Below are positions 16,406-22,542 of a DNA stretch of 22,542 bases, in pieces. Location: positions 1 to 22,542 of the forward strand of contig DASVSC010000054.1 in NCBI GenBank assembly GCA_036388295.1, read 5' to 3'. A program made the position numbers and the translations under genes. This DNA is from Tepidisphaeraceae bacterium. GTDB taxonomy: Bacteria; Planctomycetota; Phycisphaerae; Tepidisphaerales; Tepidisphaeraceae. Position 1 is the stretch's first letter, and each line of letters starts with the position of its first letter. Below the pieces are notes generated by a model that did no database searches, was not told where the DNA came from, and saw nothing but the letters and a program-made list of their open reading frames with translations.

Positions 16406-17152
16406 TTACCCCTGCCGCGTCAAATAGTCACGTAGCCACGCAGGGCGGTCGGTGGTGACGGAGTCGACGCCGGCGGCCACCATGGCGTCGGCGGTGCGTT
16501 CGTCGTTGACGGTCCAGCAGCCGAGCGAAAAGCCGCTGTCGCGAACGGCCCGGCCGAAGGCGGGCGTGACGACGCCGGGCCATGCCTGCGTGCCGAGGCC
16601 GTCGGCGTGGCAGCGGTGCAGCGTGGCAAGGATCGTCTCCACCGACGGCGGCGCACTGTCGCCGTATTCGATCAGCCAGTCGGCAGGAATGTCAGGGAAC
16701 GCCCGCTTGCAGCTCGTGACGACGTCGGCCTTGAAGCTCATCAGCCGCAAACGGTCAGGCGGCAGGTCGGTTTTTCTCAACGCCTCAAACAAAGCCGGCA
16801 GCGGCTTTCGGCCGGCTTTGATCTCCAGATACGCCTGCTTACCCGGCGCAACGACCGCCAACACCTCGGCCAGCGTCGCTATGCGCTCGCCGGCGTATTC
16901 AGGGGATTTCCACCCGCCGATGTCGAACGCCCGCAGTTCCGCCAGCGTGCTGCAGGCGATCGTTTTCGTCGACCCGTACCGCCGCATGCAGGCGTCGTGC
17001 ACGCAAACGATTTGGCCGTCGCGGGTCAGACGGAAGTCGCCCTCAATGGCGTCGGCATTCTGTTGCCAGGCGAGGCGGAACGCGGCCAGCGTATTCTCCG
17101 GTGCGTCGGCCGACGCGCCGCGGTGGGCAATGATCAAAGGTAACGCAGGCAC
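16406..17152 (-). CDS. Glycerophosphodiester phosphodiesterase (GDPD/UgpQ-like)
   Basis: N-terminal LIIAHRGASADAPENTLAAF and IEGDFRLTRDGQIVCVHD match the GDPD catalytic His/Arg/Glu/Asp motifs. GTG start at 17152. Confidence 0.85.
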   Translation of the reverse strand: MPALPLIIAHRGASADAPENTLAAFRLAWQQNADAIEGDFRLTRDGQIVCVHDACMRRYGSTKTIACSTLAELRAFDIGGWKSPEYAGERIATLAEVLAVVAPGKQAYLEIKAGRKPLPALFEALRKTDLPPDRLRLMSFKADVVTSCKRAFPDIPADWLIEYGDSAPPSVETILATLHRCHADGLGTQAWPGVVTPAFGRAVRDSGFSLGCWTVNDERTADAMVAAGVDSVTTDRPAWLRDYLTRQG

Positions 17153-17209
17153 GGGGTCGGCAGTTTAGCCGGCGGGCGGCTTCGCCGCTTCTACAGGCTG
17201 GACGTGCGT

Positions 17210-17848
17210 CTACTTATCCCCGCCCGGCCGCGGCTGGCGGCCGGGTTGGATGGAAAAGCTCTGCAAATAGCTGATCCACATCATCGACAGGCCGTGCGAA
17301 TAGGCCCCCTGCACCAGCAGGTCCATGTAAAAGTGCGTCGGCGGGATGTGGTATTTTTCCGCACTCACGCCCTGATAAGTCATTGCCATGACCTGATCTT
17401 TCCGGCCCAGTTGGGCGACGGAGACTTCGGTCCGTTTATAGATGCCGGTTTCTCGCCCCTGATCGTCGACTTTGCGTCCGACCTTGGCGTCGAGGATCTT
17501 CAGTTCCGCTTCCGGCAGATCGAACAGCACGCCGGCCACGTACTTGCCCGGGTCGTAGACGATGTCGCCGATGCCGCCGCCCCAGTATTCGCTGTAGATA
17601 GGGAAACAAAGGCGAAAATTGTCGAGAACGGCGCTTTTTCCGTGCTTCATGGGCGGGGCGCGGTGGCCGTGGTGCTTCGCCCAGTCGCGCACGGCGCGGG
17701 CGTTGAGATTGGATCCGTAAGCGAAGTAGTACACAGTGAAATGGCCGCGTCGCCAGCAAAACCGGAAGGGCGCAAAGCCAAGCCATTTTGCGGGGAATGG
17801 CGGCGAATGCAACCTCCGGTAAGCCCTAATTCGACCAAGATTCGTCAA
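17210..17848 (-). CDS. Gamma-glutamyl cyclotransferase-like (GGCT/AIG2 fold) protein. The start is uncertain.
   Basis: Hallmark YFAYGSNLN motif near the N-terminus and a conserved Glu in the ...ILDAKVG... block. The track start is TTG at 17848; the true start may lie closer to the YFAYGSN motif. Confidence 0.6.
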   Translation of the reverse strand: MTNLGRIRAYRRLHSPPFPAKWLGFAPFRFCWRRGHFTVYYFAYGSNLNARAVRDWAKHHGHRAPPMKHGKSAVLDNFRLCFPIYSEYWGGGIGDIVYDPGKYVAGVLFDLPEAELKILDAKVGRKVDDQGRETGIYKRTEVSVAQLGRKDQVMAMTYQGVSAEKYHIPPTHFYMDLLVQGAYSHGLSMMWISYLQSFSIQPGRQPRPGGDK

Positions 17849-18015
17849 AGTCGCCCGGCGGGAATGTCCGATAATGTTGGCAGAGAAGGACGGGCCGCCG
17901 GCCGGCTACGGTGGAAATTTTTGCCACCGCCCGGCCGATGGCTTAATCTACCCGGCCGCGGGCGTCGTGTTGCCGCCGCCGGGAACCCGGTCGCGACCGT
18001 CGTCTTGAGTGAACC

Positions 18016-18903
18016 ATGATCGTTGATTGTCACACGCACATCTGGCAGTCCCCAGACCAACTCGGCCCCGCCGACCTCGGCGAACCCGGCCGCGCCGCCC
18101 GTGCCCGGGGCACCCGCCCCACGCCCGGCGGCCGCGCCATTCGCCGCAGCATCCCCGCGGCCGACCCGGACCATCACTGGCACGAACAAGAGGAAGCGTC
18201 GATCGATAAGTCGATCGTCCTGGGCTTCAAAAGCCGCTACCTCAAGAGCGACATCCCGAACCATTTCGTCGCCGACTACGTCCGCCGCGCCCCGGACAAG
18301 CTCATCGGTTTCGCCGGCATTGACCCGACCGACGGCCGGGCTTTGGAAGAACTGCGGATGGCCAAAGACGAGTTGCGCCTCAAGGGCGTAACGCTGTCGC
18401 CGTCGATGCAGGACTTTCACCCGAGCGATTCGCGGGCGATGGAAGTTTATGCCCTGGCCGAATCGCTCGGCATGCCGATTCTGTTCCATCCCGGCGCCCA
18501 CTTCATCGAACACAGCAAAATGGAGTTCGGCCGGCCGTACCTGCTGGACGAGGTGGCCCGCAGCTTCCCGAAGCTGCGCATGGTCATCGGCCAACTCGGC
18601 GGGCCCTGGATCGACGAAACGATCGTCATGCTCGGCAAGCACCCGAACGTCTTCGCAGACATCAGCGGCCTGATCAGCCGGCCGTGGCAGGCGTTCAACA
18701 CCTTGGTGAACTGCCACCAGTACGGCGTGATCGAGAAACTGCTGTTCGGCAGCGACTTCCCCTACACGCTCGCCAGCGACTGCATCGAATCGCTTTACAG
18801 CCTGAACCAGATGGTCCAAGGCACCAACCTGCCCGTCGTGCCGCGAGAACAACTCCGCGGCATCGTGGAACGCGACGCGGTGTCGCTGCTCGGCATCTCA
18901 TAA
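18016..18903 (+). CDS. Amidohydrolase-2 family (TIM-barrel metal-dependent hydrolase) protein
   Basis: Begins MIVDCHTHIW (HxH metal-binding motif). ILFHPGAHF and LLFGSDFPY are typical of amidohydrolase_2 proteins. A ~45-aa Arg/Pro/Gly-rich insertion follows the first motif. The antisense 335-aa track ORF (17845..18852) is rejected. Confidence 0.8.
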   Translation: MIVDCHTHIWQSPDQLGPADLGEPGRAARARGTRPTPGGRAIRRSIPAADPDHHWHEQEEASIDKSIVLGFKSRYLKSDIPNHFVADYVRRAPDKLIGFAGIDPTDGRALEELRMAKDELRLKGVTLSPSMQDFHPSDSRAMEVYALAESLGMPILFHPGAHFIEHSKMEFGRPYLLDEVARSFPKLRMVIGQLGGPWIDETIVMLGKHPNVFADISGLISRPWQAFNTLVNCHQYGVIEKLLFGSDFPYTLASDCIESLYSLNQMVQGTNLPVVPREQLRGIVERDAVSLLGIS

Positions 18904-18905
18904 AG

Positions 18906-18988
18906 AAGGCGTAAGGGGAGAGGCGTAAGGCGTAAGGAAGAAATGCCTTGTGTCTTGCCCTTCCTTACACCTCTACCCTTACGCCTCA
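18906..18988. repeat. Long imperfect hairpin built from three direct GGCGTAAGG units and their complement (…GGCGTAAGGGGAGAGGCGTAAGGCGTAAGGAAG…loop…CTTCCTTACACCTCTACCCTTACGCC).
   Basis: Read directly from the sequence. It begins 3 nt after the amidohydrolase stop. Twenty-one of 23 positions pair across the main stem. Confidence 0.6.
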
Positions 18989-19005
18989 ATTCACGGATGA
19001 TTTCC

Positions 19006-19584
19006 ATGCGTAACCGCCTCAGAACCGCCGCTGCCGCCCTGCTTTTGTCCGCCCTCGCCGGCTGCGCTTCAAACGATGGCATGACCCATTTGTCGGTCCA
19101 GAAAGCCGACGGCGGCGATCCGTACACCGCCAGCTTCGAGCGCGCCCTGTTCACCGAATCCCCCAACGGTTCCACCGACCTGATTCTTCTCAGCAGCGGC
19201 GGTGTGCGGCAGGTCGTTCACATCCGCGTGCTCTGGCAGCCGACGCGCACCATTCGCATCGACTCGGCGTCGGCGGGCAACGCCATGATCGACTGGCTCG
19301 TCTCCGCCAGCGACAAAGACCGCGTGGTCTACGGCGGCTCCTGCTGGGCCAAGGTCAGCGTCGACGGCGACGAAGCCGAGGTCGATCTGCGTGAGGCCGC
19401 CGTCAGTGTCCGCCATGTTGACGGGCAGATGACCGACCCGCTGCAGCGCGCGAACCTGAGCGGCAAGTTCGTCGCCAAGCGTGCCGACGCGAGCGTGCGG
19501 GCGTACGTCGACGAGATGGCCGCCGCCGGCCGCCGGACCGCGACGGCCGCCGCGCTGCCCAAGCCGTTGGCGGTCACGCCGTGA
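19006..19584 (+). CDS. Lipoprotein of unknown function (~192 aa mature plus signal)
   Basis: Signal peptide with lipobox MRNRLRTAAAALLLSALAG-C-ASNDG. No recognisable catalytic motifs. Alternative ATG at 18997. Confidence 0.65.
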   Translation: MRNRLRTAAAALLLSALAGCASNDGMTHLSVQKADGGDPYTASFERALFTESPNGSTDLILLSSGGVRQVVHIRVLWQPTRTIRIDSASAGNAMIDWLVSASDKDRVVYGGSCWAKVSVDGDEAEVDLREAAVSVRHVDGQMTDPLQRANLSGKFVAKRADASVRAYVDEMAAAGRRTATAAALPKPLAVTP

Positions 19585-19979
19585 AGCAACGTTACGTGCT
19601 TCGGCCGCCGATCCAGGACGCCGTGCTGCCGTTCGGCCAGCAGGTCGACCTGCAGCTGAACGGCGAAGTCGTCGCCAGCGCCCGCTGGCACGCGCCCGAA
19701 TCAACGGACGGCGTGTTCCAGATTGCTGATATCCGTGTCGTCCCCGCCCACCAGCGCCAGGGCCACGGCTCGGCCCTGCTGAAAAAGTGCTACGCCGAGG
19801 CGGCCGAGTTGTACGCCGCCCTGAACATCAAGCCGCGGCGGGTCTGGATCCTCATCGAGCAAAAAAAGCACGTGATCGCGCGGGCCTTCCTCTCCCGCCA
19901 CGGCTTCCAGCACGTCTCCACGATGTCGGCCGCCTTCCGTGGGCAGGACGGAATGATCTACCAGCGGTCGTTCGACTGA
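19581..19979 (+). CDS. GNAT-family N-acetyltransferase (132 aa)
   Basis: Acetyl-CoA binding motif A, VVPAHQRQGHGSALLKKCY (R/Q-x-x-G-x-G/A), and overall GNAT size. The GTG start overlaps the TGA stop of the lipoprotein gene (GTGA at 19581-19584). Confidence 0.7.
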   Translation: MKQRYVLRPPIQDAVLPFGQQVDLQLNGEVVASARWHAPESTDGVFQIADIRVVPAHQRQGHGSALLKKCYAEAAELYAALNIKPRRVWILIEQKKHVIARAFLSRHGFQHVSTMSAAFRGQDGMIYQRSFD

Positions 19980-19986
19980 GGTTTGA

Positions 19987-20008
19987 GCCGCGGGCGTGAA
20001 ACCGCGGC
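19987..20008 (+). terminator. Stem-loop GCCGCGG-GCGTGAAA-CCGCGGC, 8 nt after the GNAT stop.
   Basis: A 7-bp GC stem followed by moderately T-containing sequence (catggctctgcggttctgtcgcttt). It is a weak candidate terminator. Confidence 0.4.
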
Positions 20009-20074
20009 CATGGCTCTGCGGTTCTGTCGCTTTACGCTTCCGTCGGGGTCGATCGGTTCTACAATGAACGCGAG

Positions 20075-21502
20075 ATGCCGCCCGCGCCGCCGCTATTCGC
20101 CCAACGCCGTGACGGTCGCGTCGTCGCGCGGCCGGAGCCGACGACGCTGAAGTTCACGCTGCCGGATTTGCGTACGGCTGATGGCCACGCGGTCACGGCC
20201 TACGTCACCGCCACCGCCCGCCTCGTCGATCGGCCGGCGGACGTGCAATTGTTCACCGAGCACTTCCTCCACGGCCGTGACGACGCGACCGCCGACGACC
20301 TGAAACAACACTTCGCCAGCCCGCTTGCCGCTTCCGCACGCGAGTTCGTCGCACGGCACGACGCCGACGCCTGCCTGCGGCAGCAGACGACCCTGGAAAC
20401 GCTGCTCCTGCAGCGCTGCGAAGCCATCGCCTTCGGCTGCGGCTTAGAGTTCCTAAAGCCTCTGACGGTCGTGCTGGACAGCGAGACGCTGCGGGCCGAC
20501 CAGCAGCGGCGGACCGCGCGGAAGCGCCAGCTCGACGACGCCGAGCACGCCGTAAAATTGTCCGAGACCCTGGCGAGCGTCGACGCGTCGACGCGTTTGC
20601 CAATTGCCGAACAGGCGGCGTTGCTCCCGACGCTGCTGGCCGCGTTGCCGCGCACGCGCGTGGTGCTCACGGCCGGGCCGAATGTCGTGACGATCGACCC
20701 GGACGACACACTCAACGTCATTCCCGCGCCGGCGGCCGTGGGGCCGCTTCGATCGATCCGCTCCCTGGGTGACGGCCGTTACGCCGTCGGCGGCACGAAC
20801 GGCGTGGCCGTCTTGGACGGCGCGTTCGCCGTGTCTGAATTATTCACCGGCGGCTCGACCTCGTCGCGCGGCTTCAACGCGGTGGCCTGGCTGAATACGA
20901 AAGATGAGTTGGCTGCCACGCACGGCGAGTTCGGGTTGGTCGTCTGGTCGACCGACCGCAAGAACACGCCGCGTACGCTCCCGACATCTGCCGCGGCCCG
21001 GTTATTGATGCCGCTGGACGACCGGCTGATCTTCGCCGCCGGCGGTTCGGTTCAGGTTTACGACGGCAGGACCGTCGAGACAATCGACGGCAGCGACGGT
21101 GCCAGCATTATTGCGTTCGCCCGGCTCCATGACGGGGTCGCCGTGTTCCGGGCCGATGGCCGAGTGCAGACGCTCGACCGCGCGACACTGCAACGGATCA
21201 GCCAGACGCAGCTGACGCCGGACGCGGTCGCCGCCATCGGTCTGCCCTTGCGCGGCATGCAGGCCGCCGTGATCGCCAGCGGCCGGGGTGGGTTCGACTG
21301 CCTCTCCCTTGACGGGTCGCCGCTCGCCCGCGCGCCCGGGCCGCCGCTACGCATGCTGGCAATGGCCGGCGGCTGCCCGGTGGCCGTGACGGCGGACCGG
21401 ACGGGCGTAAAAATCTGGGACGTGCTCACGCAACCGGAGCCGCGAACGATCAACGTGTTGGCCCGCACGGGACATCACGTTACCGATTTGATTGCGGACT
21501 GA
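20075..21502 (+). CDS. Hypothetical 475-aa protein. The N-terminal ~190 aa show an SPFH/band-7-like pattern without a TM anchor. The C-terminal ~250 aa show ~40-aa repeats consistent with a beta-propeller.
   Basis: N-terminal segment LRTADGHAVTAYVTATARLVDRPADVQLF...TTLETLLLQRCEAIAFGCGLEFLKPLTVVLDSETLRADQQRRTARKRQLDDAE resembles the SPFH core followed by a charged helical segment. C-terminal repeats: ...VQVYDGRT.., ..VAVFRADGRVQTLD.., ..GVKIWDV... The reading frame runs 475 stop-free codons with GC3 bias. Confidence 0.55.
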   Translation: MPPAPPLFAQRRDGRVVARPEPTTLKFTLPDLRTADGHAVTAYVTATARLVDRPADVQLFTEHFLHGRDDATADDLKQHFASPLAASAREFVARHDADACLRQQTTLETLLLQRCEAIAFGCGLEFLKPLTVVLDSETLRADQQRRTARKRQLDDAEHAVKLSETLASVDASTRLPIAEQAALLPTLLAALPRTRVVLTAGPNVVTIDPDDTLNVIPAPAAVGPLRSIRSLGDGRYAVGGTNGVAVLDGAFAVSELFTGGSTSSRGFNAVAWLNTKDELAATHGEFGLVVWSTDRKNTPRTLPTSAAARLLMPLDDRLIFAAGGSVQVYDGRTVETIDGSDGASIIAFARLHDGVAVFRADGRVQTLDRATLQRISQTQLTPDAVAAIGLPLRGMQAAVIASGRGGFDCLSLDGSPLARAPGPPLRMLAMAGGCPVAVTADRTGVKIWDVLTQPEPRTINVLARTGHHVTDLIAD

Positions 21503-21518
21503 AGTCGCGCCGCCGGCA

Positions 21519-22542
21519 TCACCGGCGCATCGCGGCTTCGATGTCCTTGACGGTTTTTGGAATCCGCTCCGTCAGGTTCTTGCTGCCGCCGCGCGTCAGC
21601 AGCAGGTCGTCTTCGATGCGCACGCCGAGTCGGCGGTCCGGCAGATAGATCCCCGGCTCGATCGTGATGACCATGTTCGCCACCAGCGGATGGTCCGGCA
21701 CCACGTCGTGGACGACCAGGCCGAGTGGGTGGCCGATGGAGTGGATGAACGCGTCGCCGAAGCCGGCTTTGTCGATCACGTTTCGGGCGGCGGCGTCAAT
21801 GTCGTGCAGACGAACGCCCGGCTTGGCCGCTTTGATCGCGGCCAGCTGTGATGCGAGGACGACTTCGTACACTTCGCGCTGGTCGGCAGTGAACTTGCCG
21901 TTGACGGGGTACGTGCGCGTGACGTCCGCGGCGTACCCGCCGAAGCTGGCGGCAGAGTCGATCACGACCAGGTCGCCGTCCGCCAGCGGCCGGTCGTTTT
22001 GCACGTAATGGAGCACCGTCCCGTTCAGCCCGCCGCCGACGATCGTGCCGTACGCGACGCCGCCGCCCTGCTGTTTGTAGACCGTTTCCAGCGCCAGCTG
22101 CAGTTGCGCCTCGTTCAGGCCCGGCCGGATGTGCGGCACGCTTTGGCGGTAGGCCTGCTCGGTAATATCGACGGCCCGTCGGATCAGGGCGAGTTCCGCC
22201 GGCGACTTCACGGCCCGCATCGACAGCAGCAGCCCGGTCTTATCGTCGATCTTCACGCCGGGGACGCGTTGCGCGACCTGCTGAAAGACGCTTAAGTCGC
22301 TCGACACCGGAGCCGGGTAAACGGCGAACGGGTGCAAGCACGCGGCCTGCTTTTGGCGGCGCAGCGCGGCCGTCACCAGGCCGGGCAGCATGTTCGTGCG
22401 CATCACGCTGGGGAAGCCGGTCTTTTTTCGCAGATCACTTCCGATCGCCGGCCGGTAGCCATCCCAGCGTTCGGCCTCGGTGTTCAGCGGTCGCAGCAGC
22501 AGCGTGATACGCCGCTCGGGCTGCGGGTGGTTGCCGTCGAAC
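21519..22542 (-). CDS. pepP: Xaa-Pro aminopeptidase (M24B, PepP), 5'-partial: the N-terminus runs off the window edge.
   Basis: Pita-bread catalytic motifs GGYAADVTRTYPVNGKFTADQREVYEVVL, HSIGHPLGLVVHD, EPGIYLP and GVRIEDD. The reading frame stays open from 22406 to the window end (…FDGNHPQPERRITLLLRPLNTEAERWDGYRPAIGSDL…), consistent with the Creatinase_N-like domain continuing upstream. Confidence 0.85.
   Translation of the reverse strand, partial: FDGNHPQPERRITLLLRPLNTEAERWDGYRPAIGSDLRKKTGFPSVMRTNMLPGLVTAALRRQKQAACLHPFAVYPAPVSSDLSVFQQVAQRVPGVKIDDKTGLLLSMRAVKSPAELALIRRAVDITEQAYRQSVPHIRPGLNEAQLQLALETVYKQQGGGVAYGTIVGGGLNGTVLHYVQNDRPLADGDLVVIDSAASFGGYAADVTRTYPVNGKFTADQREVYEVVLASQLAAIKAAKPGVRLHDIDAAARNVIDKAGFGDAFIHSIGHPLGLVVHDVVPDHPLVANMVITIEPGIYLPDRRLGVRIEDDLLLTRGGSKNLTERIPKTVKDIEAAMRR

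Noticed and set aside
15476-16435. 319-aa + strand ORF antisense to atpG
   Set aside because: Low-complexity Gly/Ala/Val/Asp translation. atpG on the − strand is canonical.
17845-18852. 335-aa − strand ORF overlapping the amidohydrolase gene
   Set aside because: There is no recognisable domain, and it is Arg/Ala/Gly-rich. The sense-strand product has clear amidohydrolase_2 motifs (CHTHIW, FHPGAHF, GSDFPY).

Overview
This is a GC-rich (by eye about two-thirds G+C) bacterial chromosomal segment with dense coding on both strands. It carries 22 supported CDSs (one partial at the window edge) and no rRNA, tRNA, CRISPR array or obvious IS/transposase.

The gene content is mostly housekeeping:
- an Amt-family ammonium transporter, divergent from a NarL-type two-component pair (HisKA_3 kinase and LuxR-type response regulator);
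- a WecA/MraY-family polyprenyl-phosphate HexNAc-1-P transferase;
- the macromolecular-synthesis pair dnaG and rpoD, with two stem-loops after rpoD;
- a GlcG/DUF336-like protein followed by a small, very basic Lys/Ala-rich protein;
- a secreted DUF4174-like protein;
- two tandem HhH-GPD/endonuclease III paralogues with [4Fe-4S] loops;
- a cytoplasmic six-Asp-box (BNR) propeller protein whose TGA stop overlaps the GTG start of a MoaD/ThiS-like protein ending in Gly-Gly;
- a soluble FHA-GAF histidine kinase with no cognate regulator nearby;
- an atpG gene (ATP synthase gamma subunit) that is separated from any other atp gene;
- a glycerophosphodiester phosphodiesterase, a gamma-glutamyl cyclotransferase-like protein and an amidohydrolase-2 family protein;
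- a lipoprotein whose TGA stop overlaps the GTG start of a GNAT acetyltransferase;
- a 475-aa hypothetical protein whose N-terminal region is SPFH/band-7-like and whose C-terminal region looks like a beta-propeller;
- a 5'-partial Xaa-Pro aminopeptidase (PepP).

The candidates most worth follow-up:
1. The coupled Asp-box propeller / MoaD-like GG protein pair.
2. The lipoprotein / GNAT / SPFH-like-propeller cluster.
3. The basic H1/Hc1-like small protein.
4. Two intergenic hairpins built from short tandem repeats.

Most of the long antisense ORFs in the supplied six-frame track are GC artefacts. They lack stop codons rather than encode protein, and I do not call them genes. All functional calls rest on motifs I can read directly in the translations; no database search was run.
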